From assembly GCF_009914755.1 (NCBI RefSeq), contig NC_060928.1: a stretch of DNA of 64,000 nt; one strand, given 5' to 3'. Made by a program: the position numbers and the translations under genes. The stretch comes from the human T2T-CHM13v2.0 reference genome, Homo sapiens. This document shows, piece by piece, positions 1 through 15,221 of the stretch (within the stretch, counting starts at the first letter, position 1; every line of letters starts with the position of its first letter). Under the pieces are notes generated by a model, which made no database searches, was not told the DNA's origin, and saw only the letters and a list, made by a program, of their open reading frames with translations.

Positions 1-595
1 AAGGTAATTCATTTCTAGGAATTTATCCTGCAGAGGTTCCTCTACAGGTGTGAAAAAGTCACACACGGCTATTTGCTCAAGTACTATTTGGACTAGCAAG
101 ATTTTTTAAATCCTTCAAATTGGTAGCAAATGTAAACATAAAACATATCTAAGTTGAAACACTATAAACTGTCTTTTAAGGAAACAGAATGGCATCCATT
201 TATCTGGAAAGTTGTTCAGTATATACTAAGTGGGGAAAGAAGCTCTATAACAACAAATATAGAAAGATGCATTTTTGTCAAAAATTTGTAAATTGTGTGT
301 GCATGTGTGTGTTTTTGTGAGTGGGTTATAGGAGACATATATTTTGTATATTATAATCTGTATTATTTTAAACATTCTTTTTAAAATGCCTATTATTTTT
401 GTGATCAGAAAAAAAATTGTGGGATGGACAGAAACAATGTTGGAAGAACAAAGAGCAAGCCACAGTTTGTGTTATCTCCCTTGTTTTGACTTGCGTGGAA
501 AGAAGAAAAAAATTATTCAAGATTGTACCGCCTACAAAAAAACAAGAAATGTTCCAATAATGGAATTCCATGCAGCATAAGAAATAAGTACTTAC

Positions 596-832
596 TCAAG
601 GGCTCTCTTGCTTTCACTGTTCCAATGGGACTATCTTCAGGCACATCTTCATAAACTAAGAAAGTGTACTTAGGCCTTTCAAACTCAGCAGGTGCCAGAG
701 TTGTCTGGAAAATGTGTATGGTGACATCGGCATTAATGACAGCTGTGAGCCCGCCACCGTCTTGAGCAGAGACCATCAACAAAAGTGTGGTAGATTCCAA
801 ATGACTAAGAGGTAATGTTAAGTAAATAATTC
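596..832 (-). CDS. DCHS2: DCHS2 internal coding exon (237 bp, phase 1/1), GIIYLTLPLSHLES...YEDVPEDSPIGTVKAREPL
   Basis: Acceptor ttttcttttccctacccag|GA, donor TTGA|gtaagt; G+GA completes the Gly codon from the previous exon; AQDGGG and VxEDxPxxSxIG cadherin motifs. Confidence 0.93.
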
Positions 833-919
833 CTGGGTAGGGAAAAGAAAACATTGGTAAACAGATAACATGTAATAAATACTGATGAGCAATAGTAACA
901 CCTGGTCTATTAAGTGTAT

Positions 920-1460
920 TGTGATGTTTTATTTTATGTGTTAACTGGGCCACAGGATGTCCAGGCATTTGATCAAACATTATTTTGAGTGTGTCTGTGA
1001 GGGTGCTTTTGGATGACATTAACATTTAAATCTGTAGACTGAATAAAGCAGATCATCCTCCCTAATGTGGGCAGGCCTGGTCCAATCCACTGAAGGCCTG
1101 AATAGAACAAAAAAGCTGACTAAGAGAGAATGGCTCCTGCTCCCAACCTGGGGCACTGGTTTTTCTCCAGCCTTCAGGCTCAGATAGAAGCATTGGCTCT
1201 TCCTAGGTCTCGAGCCTGCTGGTCTTCAGCCTCAAACTATACGACTGGCTCTCCTGGTTCTCAGGTCTTTGGACTGAGACTGAAGCAACACTGCCAGCTC
1301 TCCTGGCTCAGTTTGATGGATCTGCTCACCCTGCAGATCTTGGGACTTGCCAGCCTTCATAATCACATGAGCCAATTCCTTGTGATCAGTCTCCTCATAC
1401 ATACACACACACACACACATACATCCTGTTGGGTCTGTTCTCTGGAGATGAACTGATACA
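920..1460 (+). mobile_element. ERVL solo LTR, MLT2 family
   Basis: TGTGATG start, gaataaagcagat..cctccctaatgtggg..ccaatcc..gaaggcctgaatagaacaaaa, internal (CA)n, ends tctctggaga..ctgataca. Confidence 0.8.
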
Positions 1461-3069
1461 TGTATTTGCCAACCAAAGACCTTCTGCATATTTGCAAAAC
1501 AATGTCAAATTATGTTAGGTAAGCAATATTTTCCTAGAGTTAAAACATTAGACATTTTAGAAGTATATAAAGTCACTAGAAAAAATATAAATTGTGTTGT
1601 CTTCTTTAGGGCTTACCATATCACCAGCCCGAGATGACAGAAGATCAGATTATATCCCATAGTCCAGTATATTCTAATGCAGGCTAGCGCAGGGTTGTAG
1701 GGTGATTACAACCTGCTCAAGTGCCAGAATCCCAAGTCTACAGGATGAAACTAAAATTTTATCTTCTAAGGTATTTGACATTTGCCCTGAACTAGACCGT
1801 GTAGGGTAGCTCTCTTTTTAAACTGACTCCACTCCACCTTTGTTGGTGAGAAGATATAATACAATAGCTGTGTACAATAAAACTTCAGCAAATGTAAAGA
1901 CAATGGGGACAAGAGTGACGACTTAGGCTTATGCATGTAGAGTATGTGAGAGGAGAACTTATTTATGGCTAAGTTGGGAAGAGATTCGGTAATACTGACA
2001 AAAATGAATTATTTAATATTATTAATACTACCACTTAGCGTACTAGTTTAAAAACCTGAAAACGGATCTAATGCAATCAACTTAAGAAATGAACCTGTTA
2101 GTTTTGTTTAATGAGAAAAATGTATGCAAACTTATTAAATGAATTTGCGAACAAATACGTATGGCTGGCCTTTATGGAATTCATCATGTACAACTGGCCA
2201 TAACAATTAGTTAATGAATGAATACTGCAGTCTTTGCCAGTTTAGGAGAAGTTGGCAAAAACATCAGGGATATCAGTTTCTAGGCATTAAAAGGTGACAT
2301 CCATTTGATTTCTTCCTTTTTTATATAAAAATCTGCCCTCTTGCAACTTCGATTTCTTGTTTCTATTTCTATTAGAAATTTAATAAAATATTCTTATTTA
2401 CTGAAATCAAATATCTTGCTTGGCCTGCTCTAAACACATACTCATTTTCCTTTTTTCCCCAGCTTTATTAAGGTATAGTTGACCAATAAAATTACATATG
2501 TTTAAGGTGTACAATTTGACAATTTGTGATTATAACCATTTTCTTTAATGATTCCTTATCTAATATGATTTTAAGTCATTTCTCTCACAGTTCTTTCTCC
2601 TAAACATGGTCCAAGTTGATCATCTCAATTTTGATAACCAAAGTGAACAAACTTTGTTTCCAGATACAATTTTACTGTTATAAAGCAGAGGATAAACACT
2701 CTTTATTAGAATACCATAAAATACTAATGTAACCAACTATTAGTACACCAGCTTTTAGTAACCATATTCACATCTGGTTTCAGACTGATTTGATGGTCCA
2801 TCAAAGCACTCAGTACTTATCACAAAAAATTTCCAAGTCAGATCTTTCTCATCTGTTATTGGTGCAGTTTCTAAAAAATATTGCTTTAGTATTAAAGTCT
2901 CTGATTGATTGAAAAATAAAACTTGAATATACACAAATGTGTACAGAAGAGAAGAAAAAGTCCCCCTATCCCAAACATCCCCACTCACCAGGTATATATT
3001 CTTCCAGAGCTACCACTAAATTCCGATTACAGAGAAATTTTAAAAGATTTTATGTTGAGCCCTGATGAT

Positions 3070-3965
<896 letters not shown>

Positions 3966-4609
3966 ATGATTTATAAATAAAATTAAAAGAAATTTTGAAA
4001 ATATACAAACAACAATTTACTATACATAAGGAGAAGAGAGATCTGTAAACAAAATGGAAAATAACTGAAAGTTAGATTAGCAGTGGATAAGGACAGGTAG
4101 TTTAGATAAGAAACAATAAAATGTTGATAAATATAATACTACCTAAAATCACTAATAATAATGAAAATACAAAATTAAAACCACTACCTCATTTTTACCT
4201 CTCTGTTTTCCTAAAATATTTAAGTGATAATACCCAGAGTTAATAGCAGGTTGTTATTTATGTACATTCTCCAAAAGGCACTTTGGTGATACTTATCAAA
4301 ATTTTAATTGTTCACACTCAATAACTCAGAAATCTACTCTATATTTGTGTAAGTACACAGAAATAAATCAAGAGGATGTCATTTGGAACACTGAAAATGA
4401 CCTTAATATCCATCAAGAAAAGAATGGACAGTGCACTCTATTGTGGTATATCAATACAATAGAATACTGTGTAGCATCAAAATGAAGTAAATATACATGT
4501 TTTCATCTAGAAAGACTTTACACACTACATTTTATGTGAAAAACAAGTTGCAAACGTGAGTCTATGTTATCAATCCATTGTGCTTGAAAAAATAATGTCA
4601 ATACTACAA

Positions 4610-5474
<865 letters not shown>

Positions 5475-6814
5475 AAACATTTTTAAAATCATGGTATATC
5501 TCTATTTAATGTAAAAGAAAAATTCATGAAAACCTGCTGAGAATATTTGATTACAGAACACTATGTAAAGTTTGAATACAAACACTAATACATATACGAT
5601 GTGTATACACACAGAACTATGCATACTGAAAAATATGAAAGGATAGGAACTGTTAAGGGAAGTCATCTTTGTGTGTTGAGATTATGGGAAGCTCACTTTT
5701 TACTTCTTACATTCCTATAGTTTAAAAATTTTTTAATAATTATATGTTAACTTTGTAAATGAAAAAATATATTTTAAAGATATTCAGAAAAAGAAGATAT
5801 GTTTGGTTATTATTTAACTTTTTTAGGACTATGAAGGAAACTTGTAAACTATAGTGTAAACTAAGATTGGACATTAAAATGTGGGCCTCTAAAAATAATT
5901 GCAGAGCACACTTCCTTAAAAATAGGATTCTAATTCTACAAAAAATTTCAAGAATGAATATCATGGATATTTCAGAACCATTAAATGAAGATATTAAAGG
6001 GATTAATTTCCATTAAATCAATCCCTGAGGTTATAATAAACAAACTCTGGAGAAGCTGTCTATATAAAGCCGAACATGAAAAATAATGTTTCAAATATTC
6101 AAATTACTAAAGTGTGTCCTAGTAACATACAGCAAATGTGAAGTCTAATAAAATTAATATCTATACTATATTCACTCTGGTACTGAAAAATATTCTCTCT
6201 GATAGAACTATTTGGTGTCTAATTATAGCCCCTCCAAATCCCCAAACTGGCATTTTTAATTGAGACAGTTTAATAATAGTTTTTGAGGTTCCCGATGATT
6301 TGACAATGGGGAGCAAGAAGCAACACATCACTTATTTTATCCTTGATACCACCTGGAATGTTAGTCCATGAAGCAAAATTAAGTTTACTGTCTTAACAAA
6401 ATTTTACTGATGAATGTCCATTTTATTTGCCATATTATGAGTTATCAAATAAATTTGAAGGAAAGGAAAAGGGAAGAAAAAGGGAGACATGACATCAATT
6501 ATAGAGAGTTATACAAATGTAACCTTTTCAAGAATCTTTACCCTTAAAGAATTTATACAAGCCAATCAGTAACTAAGTGTAACGTCAACAAAGACAAATA
6601 AGAGCTGTCAGTTATAGGTGAGCAGGAGATAACGAAATTTAAAGTTGTATGTAAACAGTGAAACATCACACAAATGTTAGCTATTATGAAGAGGGCTTAG
6701 CTTAGAACCTTGCATATGGTAGCCACTCAAAGAAATGAATTTATGTGGGGGGAGAATCGTGAACCTTACTTCTCAAAGGGAAGTGCCTTGTTAATAATTT
6801 GAAAAAACGTTTTC

Positions 6815-7146
<332 letters not shown>

Positions 7147-7744
7147 CTATAAGCACCTAACCATACAAGGTAAATCTCTGAAATCTCAGTTTTCCGCTAG
7201 GTTTTAAAAAGAAAATGCCTGTTATCATATTCCTCCATTTTTCATTTCATAGAAGTCTTAGAAGTAGAGACCATCACTCTATATACTGTATATGTATCGT
7301 AATGCATACATTCATATATATACACATACATTCATATATATATACACACACATATCTATCTATATATAATATGCTGATCTATCAAAAATTCCTGTGTAGT
7401 AATGGGATTATAAATATTTTGTGAACAAAAAACCTGTCCATCAATTACTAGGCTCTAAGTAATTTTTCAATAACATCAGAAGCTCCACTGTTTTCTGTGC
7501 GTATCCATAGGCTAATCACTTAAACCTACCATGGTTTTACCTTAATCTCCCAGGTAATATCAGACAGAAGTATTTCCTGTCTGAAAGTGCTGAATCCTTG
7601 GGTTAATTATTTCCAGAAGCCCAAAAGTTTAGTCTTTTTAATTTTATTTTTTTTATTAAATGAAAGCATTATACTCAACTAAATATAACCATCAAAAGAA
7701 ATCAACACAATTGGTAAATTCACTTGTCTTTGAACTTGAAGGGC

Positions 7745-10102
7745 TCTAGAGGTACTGTGGGCTTTATTCCAGACCACTGCAATAAAGCCAATACTGCAAA
7801 AAAAAGTGAGACACAGAAATTTTTTGATTTTCCAGTGCATAAAAAGTTATGTTTACACTATGTTGTAGCCTATTCAGTGTGCAATAACAGTAAGTCTAAA
7901 GAAAACAATGTATATACCTTAATTTAAAAATATTTTATTGGTAAAAAAAAAAGTGTTAACAGTCATTTGAGATTTTAGTGAGTGGTAATCTTCTTGCTGG
8001 TGGAGGGGCTTGCCTCAATGTAGATGGGTACTAACTGGTCAGTGTGGTGGTTACTGAAGGTGGCGGTGGCTGTGGCAATTTCTTAAAATAAGACAACAAG
8101 GAAGGTTGCCACATTGATTGACTCTTCCTTCCACAAAATATTTTTTTCTGTAGCATGCAATGCTATTTGCTAATAGTTTATCCACATTAGAACTTCTTTA
8201 AAATTGGAGCCAATCCTCCTAGGCCCTACTGATGATTTATCAACTAAGTATATGGAATATTCTAAATCCTTTGTTGTCATTTCAACAATGTTCACATCTT
8301 CCCCAGGAGTAGATTCCATCTCAAGAAACCATTTTCTTTGCTCATCCAAAAAAGCAATTCCTCATTAGTTTAAGTGTTATCATGAGATTGCAGCAATTCT
8401 GTCACATCTTCAGGCTCCACTTCTAATTCTATGTCTCTTGCTATTTTTACCACTTCACTGAAGTGGTGATTCCCTCAAAGTCATCTGTGAGGGTTGGAGT
8501 CAACTTCTTCCAAACTCCTATGTTAACCTCCCTCCATGAATCACAAATGTTCTTAATGGCATCTAGAATGGTGCATCCTTTCCAGAAAGTTTTCAATGTA
8601 TTTTACCCAAATATATCAGAGGACTCACTATCTATGGCAACTATAGCCTTAGGAAATGTATTTCTTAAATAAAATACTTGAAAGTCGAAATTACTCCTTG
8701 ATGGATGCATGGATTGCAGAATGAATCTTGTATTAGGAGGCATTAAGAAAAAACCTCCTTGTATATCTTCATCAGAGCTCTTAGGTAGCCATGTGCATTG
8801 TCAGTGAGCAGTAATGATTTGAAAGAATTTTTTGTGAATAATAGGTCTCAACAGTGGGTTTAAAATATTCTGTAAACCAGGCTGTAGACAGATGATATCT
8901 GTAAACAGATAACATCTGTTTGTCATCCAGGCTCTGTTGTTCCTTTTATAAAGCACAGTCAGAGTAGATACAGTATATTTCTTAAGAGCCCTAGGACTTT
9001 CAGAATGATAAATTAGCATTGTTCCACTTAAAGTCACCAGCTGCATTAGCCCCTAACAAGAGAGTCAGCCTGCCCTTTTAAGTTCTGAAGCCAGGCATTG
9101 ACTTCTCCTCTCTAGCTATGAAAGTCCTAGATGGCATCTTATTTCATATAAGGCTGTTTCATCTACATTGAAAATCTATTGTTTAGTGTAACCACCTTCA
9201 CCAAGAATCTTAACTAGATTTGCTACATACCTTGCTGCAGCTTCTCCATCAGCACTTGCTGCTTCATCTTGCACTTTTAGGTAATGGAGATGGCGTCTTC
9301 CCTTAAACCTCATGAACCAACCTCTGCTAGCTTCAAATTTTTTTTCTGCAGCTTCCTCATCTCTTTCAACCTTCCTATATTTAAAAAGAGTTAGGACCTT
9401 GCTCTGGATTAGGCTTTGGCTTAAGGGAATGATGTGGCTGCTTTGATCTATCCAGACCACTCAAACTTTCTGACTCAGCAATGAGTCTCTTTTGCTTTCT
9501 TATCATTTTTCTGTTCACTGGAGTATACTTTTAATTCCCTTCAAGAACTTTTCCTTTACATTCACAATTCGGATAACTGTGCAAGAGGCCTAGCTTTTGG
9601 CTTATCTGCACTTTTGTCATGCCTTCGTCACTATGCTTAATCATATCTAGCTTTTGATTTAAAGAGAGAGATATGCCACTCTTCCTTTCACTCGGACACT
9701 TAAAGGCCATTATAGGGTTATTAACTGCCAAATTTCAACATTGCTGTGTCTTGGGGATTAGGGCAGCCTGGGGAGAGAGAGAGAGACGGGAAACAGCCAA
9801 TGGGTGGAGCAATCAGAGCACACACAACATTTATCAGTTATGTTAGCAGTCTTTCATGGCCATGGTTTGTGGCATCCCCAAACAATTACAATAATAATAT
9901 CAAAAATTACTGATCACAGATCATCATAACAGGTATAATAATAATGAAAAAGTTTGAAATGTTATGAGAATTATCAAAATGTGACATAGAGACACAAAGT
10001 GTCCCCATAACACTAATAAATTTGCTTGAGGAGAGTTGCCACAAACCATGAATTTGTAAAAAGCACACTATCTGTGAAGCACAATGAAGTGGGGTATGTC
10101 TG
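7745..10102 (-). mobile_element. Near full-length Tigger1 (TcMar-Tigger DNA transposon) with decayed transposase
   Basis: TIR gggtatgtctg|TA at 10092-10104; ORF fragments SERKS..SL.LNQKL.MI..S.EGM and [30 protein letters not shown] match the pogo/CENP-B-like transposase; multiple stops and frameshifts. Confidence 0.92.
9322..9374 (-). other. Candidate Tigger1-derived cryptic exon ([17 protein letters not shown])
   Basis: Branch-point-like ctaac plus tctttttaaatatag|G acceptor, donor AGAG|gttggt; 53 bp, phase 2/1, restores frame after the 106-bp exon. Confidence 0.25.
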
Positions 10103-10884
10103 TATAAATAGGCTGGGCTTAGATCTGAGCATGGCTACTAGGTCATTTATCAGCAAATATGCATATCTATACATTCAGTCACTTCCTTCATTTCTTGAAT
10201 TATATTCAATATATTTGTTTTGGTCAGGGTCTAATCAGGGAAACTGAAACCGTCCTAAGAATTTTAGTGGCTATTTAATTAAAGAAACTGATTACACAAG
10301 TATGGGAAAGCCAGAAGAATAAGAAGGGGGTGATGAACAGTAACTCCAAGAACCTGCAACCTTCTCTAGGGTTGCAGAAACAGAAGGAAAAAGGCAGTAT
10401 TGCTACCTCTATCAAAAAGAGGAGGAGGGTGAGCCATGGTGTGTCTTGGAGCCCTGAGGCGGTGCCGCAGGGCTAGCGTCCACAGCTCCGAGGCATCCCT
10501 GTGCAGCTGAGACTCAGGTGTCTCAGAGGATTAGTGCAGAGCTACGTTCAAACCTTTAAGGGCAGGGCCCAGGAAGTACTCTGGTCACCATGGTGTGGCT
10601 GCTATAATCCAAGGAGGCCTGGTGAGGGCAGTGCTCACTGTCCAAAAGGTCTTGCGTGGCTGACATAGCTGATGGTGGCATTTCTGAGGAAAATGGTGCA
10701 GTTGGTGCCAAAGGACTTGGGAGGAATACTAAACACAGAAGAAAGCATGAAAAAGCCCCTTCTCTCCTCCTCCTGTTGTCCAGTTTCCTACCAGTACCTG
10801 CCACTGGTGGAACAGATCTGAAAGTCGCCTGTAACAGTGTCTTGGGGCATCAGTCCCCGTCTGGCTGTGCCTTCTCCCAAGATG

Positions 10885-11120
10885 TCTAGGTCCCAGCTCT
10901 GCAGGGCCTCCTCGCTAATGCTAAGTTTTGATGACGCCAAATGTTTAGCTTAGTTCCCCCAGCCTAGGGGTGATAGTTGCTTCCATCATATGTTAATCTT
11001 GGTGTTTCCTTTTCGCCTTTTCTGTCTTCCATTATCCACTTAACCAGCTGTCTATACTAAATTATTTCTGTTACTATAAATGTTACTGTTTCTGTTTTCC
11101 TGACTGGCTGCTGACTGATG
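10885..11120 (+). mobile_element. Old ERVL LTR 3' fragment (LTR33-like)
   Basis: cccagctctgcagggcc..ccccagcctaggggtgatag..gtttctgttttcctgactgg. Confidence 0.5.
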
Positions 11121-11329
11121 CTGATCTAACTGATTCTACTGGCCTGGCTTGTACTAGTTAGATGTAATAATCACTATGGCTTGAAGGGATGTGATGTTTG
11201 ACCAACGTCACCTTGTTCACATGTCAAGGTTCTCCAAGCAAATAAACAAGTGCATGCTGGGCAGACAAAAACTACAAGTCCTAATTATGCCACCCTTGCA
11301 AAACAGGCTCTTGTTATTCTCTGCCTAAC

Positions 11330-11530
11330 TCCCCTGTTGTTTCCTTCATGAAACCTATCATAACCTGTGGTATTTTCTGTTTTCCTGTTTTTGTTTGTCC
11401 CCCTCCACAAGTTAAAGCCCATGAGAGCAAGGACTGTGTCTGTCTCATTCACCACTACCAAACAGGGTCTGGCACAGTCCCAGGCTCAGAAAAGGTGTTT
11501 GGTAATTATTTGTTGAATTAATTAACAAAT
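11330..11530 (+). mobile_element. L2 3' end
   Basis: aagccccatgagagcaaggactgtgtctgtctcattcacc..tctggcacag..tgttgaattaatt. Confidence 0.65.
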
Positions 11531-11602
11531 AAACAAACCAACCTGGAAAAAAATCATGAGATGGCTTGAGATTAGTCAGAATTACACAAAGAAGAAATAA
11601 GA

Positions 11603-11948
11603 TGTCTTAGTCAGTTTGGCTGCTATAGCAAAAGTAGCATAGACTGGGTCGCTCACACTTCTGGAGGCTGGGAAGCCCAAGATCATGGTGCCAGCAGAAT
11701 CAGTGTCTGGACAGGGCTCCCTTCCTGGTTTGCAGACAGCCATCTTCTTGTATACTCACATGGCAGAAGAAGCAAGCTCTAGTCCCTCTCTTCGTATAAG
11801 CCACTCATCCCATTGTGGAGCGCCACCATTATGACTTTATCTAAACATAATTAGCTCCCAAAGACCCTATCTCCTAATTCCATCCCATTAGGGGTGAGGG
11901 TTTCAACATATGAATTTTGGAGGGGCACAAACATGTAGTCCATAGCAG
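11603..11948 (-). mobile_element. MaLR solo LTR (MLT1A/MST-like)
   Basis: tgtcttagtcagtttggctgctatagc..ggaggctgggaag.ccaagatca..tttcaacatatgaattttgg..catagca. Confidence 0.8.
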
Positions 11949-13059
11949 AAGAGTAATGTGGTGTCAGAACTCCAGATCAAATATTTACATTATTATACAT
12001 CTGTAACCATTTATAGTGTGTGCTACCAAAGCAAGAATAGACAATAGAACGGAACAGACAGCCCCTACAAAGATGCTAGTCTACTTAAGTGGCAGTTATG
12101 ATATTAATGAAGGAATTCCTCTAGGTCCTGATGTACTACATTTAAAAATCAGTCAACTCAGAGAGGGAAAATCATCCCATAACAACTTTGTCCCATGCAA
12201 TGTAGTTTCAGTGTATAAAATCACTTTTGTGCCTTTGGTAACAACATGTCCTTATTTAGTCAACATATATAATTATTTTTAATGAATTATACATGAATTC
12301 TACCTAATTGCCCATTTAATAAAGAAAGTCACCAGATCAGGTGCCTATGTAAGTAACTGTTCATGCTTAAAGTCGAATTCATGGAACCCTGAAAAGTCAT
12401 TTATTGAGCTGCTTCTACTTAAGACCACAAAATTTGTCCCTGGCCAGTGGGAAACTATCTTATGTTCAAAAACTATAGAAAAATAATTCATAATTCCTAG
12501 ATACCCATCGAAAAGTCTACCCCATATTTAACTGTACTCATTTGCATTTTAAACCCATACTCCCCCTCTTGATGTGGAGTGTTTACCATAACAAGCTGCA
12601 AACTTTGTGTCACAAAACTGGACATTTAAAATACCCTGATTTTTAGTGATAATGTCCGACTTCAGATTTGTATGTATCTAACTCTTGTGAACCTGCTTAG
12701 GATGATATATTAAAGATACGTCTGTGACAGTTAGAAGACCACTTTAATCAATGCGATATATTCAGAGGATATAATCATTATTTCAGTTTAAAATACGAGT
12801 CTCCCTCCTGCATCAGTACTGCACAAACAAATGAGTGACATTTGTAACGTTTTTAATCCTTGCCTTCAAATGCTATGAATGTTAGAGTTCTGATTCTATA
12901 TGCTAATTTTATGTTCTCAGTGCTAGGTTTATTTGGGAATGATTTTGATTAAATCTTAGCAGAACCAGACTTCCTACATAAACCTGGCATCCTAGATATT
13001 TTCCATATGGGGAACGGCTTCTTAAAAGCAAGGCAAGAAATCTATTATTTAGGGTTGAT

Positions 13060-13350
13060 GGAGTAAGAAAAGAGCATGGAGTCAGATTTTTGCATCAGAT
13101 ACAGCTGGGTTCAAATCTTGGTTCTATCAATCCCTAGTTTGATCTTCAGCAGTTTCTTAAGTGCTCTGAGCTTCTGTTTATCACTTTAAACAGACTGAAG
13201 AATCAGACTAATACCATTTACTGTGCAGAACTGCTATGAGGATAAAATTACATCGTATATATAAACAAAGTACTGTTGTACTACAGTATAGTACTACAAA
13301 GTACTGTAGCATAGTGTCTGACATATACTGACTCCTTAATACAATACTAG
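13060..13350 (+). mobile_element. MIR SINE
   Basis: ctgggttcaaatcttgg..tcttaagtgctctgagcttctgttt..ctatgaggataaaa. Confidence 0.6.
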
Positions 13351-14176
13351 TTCCCTTCCTTCTCTCCTAAGGACTACAAGGTATTAGATGGGTAATTCCA
13401 TGCACCAAGAAATAATCAATAATGAATGATTTAAAAATATTTTGGGGAAAGGGAAAGTAGGAGGAACTTGAGTAGCATCAATACTTCACTGCAAAGCATG
13501 CATAGGAAGTCCGCTGGAAGAGCTGACCAGTGGCCAATCTGACCTGGTAGCCTGCCACCAAGGAGCATTTTGGGAGAGGCTGTAATGACACTCATTCCAA
13601 CATGTCTAGCCCCTTTACTTAAATGGTACAGATTTCTGGTCCATAGACTTATCTAAACCAGTCCTGGATAGATGTATATTTTGCATTTGTCCCACTACTG
13701 TAGGTGGCAGACTCTTATAGTTTGCATGGGGTTTACAATGTGTTCCCCTAAGTTAATATTTCAAAATCTTTTCAATAAAGCTTTCTGATTTTATAAAGCT
13801 GGATACTGACACAAGTTGGCAACAGGGATGTGGGCTGATAGTCCCTTTTTGGGAGGCCCAAATACATTTCCAGTGGACACAGATGGCTTAGCTATTATTC
13901 TCTCTCACTTTGTCATTTGAAACACTGATCATTTGAGAGAATCAACTCTGAACACCACTATTTACACCAATGCACCACCAACAACAGACATAACACTAAT
14001 TTAAATATTCAGTTTAAAGGAAATAATTTACTTAAAGCAAAACCCAAAACCCTTGAAGACCTGAACCTGACAGTGGTCCTCACAGTTGCGGGAGTACCAT
14101 GGAAAGGTCATAAATTTGGCAATAATTGAGAAAAGAATCGAGTATTATTTTAAGATAACATAATTTTAGAAAGGTA

Positions 14177-14602
14177 ATATAGTAAGTTGGATCATGTCTC
14201 ACCAAATTTATGTCCACTTGGATCCTCAGAATATGACCTTATTTGGAAAAGGGTTTTTGTAGATATAATTAGTTAAGGATCTCAAGAGGAAATTATCCTG
14301 GTTTTAAGGGTGCCCTAAATCCAATGACCGGTGTCCACACACAAGGAAGGACACAAGAAGACACAGAAAAGAAGGACATGCAAAAATGGAAACAGAGATG
14401 AGAGTAACACTGCCATAGACCAAGGAGTGCCAAAGATCACCAACAAACACCAGAAGCTAAGGGAGGTTCCAGAAGAAACTAATCCTGTTGACACCTTGAT
14501 TTCAGACTTCTGGCCTCCAGAACTGTTAGAGAATGAGATTCTGCTGTCTAAGCCACCCAGTGCGTGGTGCTTTGTTATGGCAGCCCTAGGACATGAACAC
14601 CA
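14177..14602 (+). mobile_element. MaLR solo LTR (MLT1C-like)
   Basis: cagaatatgaccttatttggaaa..gccctaaatccaatgac..gacaccttgatttcagacttctggcctccagaactg..gttatggcagccctagga. Confidence 0.8.
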
Positions 14603-14802
14603 GCAGGAGGCGTATGGTAAGGTGGGAACTCTGAAGCCAGACTGTCTCAGTTCACATTTTGGTTGTCACTTTCTCATTACGTTTATGGGCTGTTGATCTT
14701 TTTTGGATTCATTTGCTCATTTGTGAAATGGAGATAAAACTAGTTCCTATATCAAAGGTTTGGCATGACAGTTAAATCAGGCAGTTAATGCTCAATAAAT
14801 AT

Positions 14803-15221
14803 TGCCAAAAGACAAAATGACAACAAATTTAGTTTAAAGATCTTAATTGGCTTTTATTTGCAATTCTAGAGTTGAGAAACACCTCGATGTGTTCCAGTGA
14901 GCTGAGCAGAAGTGGCTGGCTTTATAGACAGAAAAGGAAAACAGAAACAGGGAACAAAAAGTCATTTCACAGTTACTTTCCTTGTAAAGGTTAAATCAGA
15001 TGGGACTTTCTTATCATGCCAGCTAAAATTGGCTCATTTGGGGGTTTGGCTATTTATTATCCCTCTCTCTCCTGATTTCTTGGAAGGTCAAATAGACAAC
15101 TTCATTTCAGCTTGGTGGCCATGAAACTTTAGCGTGAGTGACTCCATTTTGGTCTGGTCTGTTGGGCCTAGCGCAGGAGCTCCGTTCAAACCAATGGCTT
15201 CCTAGAAATTTTATTTAACAA
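14803..15221 (-). mobile_element. ERV1 solo LTR (MER57/MER4-group-like) inserted in a MIR
   Basis: Reverse strand starts TGTTAAATAAAATTT..GAGCTCCTGCGCTAGGCCCAACAGACCAGACCAAAATGGAGTCACTCA. Confidence 0.7.

Noticed and set aside
513-1025. 170-aa ORF as a standalone gene
   Set aside because: Only 596-832 is cadherin-like and splice-bounded; the N-terminal part is antisense MLT2 LTR and intron read-through.
8801-9731. Domesticated (TIGD-like) transposase gene
   Set aside because: Homology is split over several frames with stops; an ordinary decayed Tigger1.
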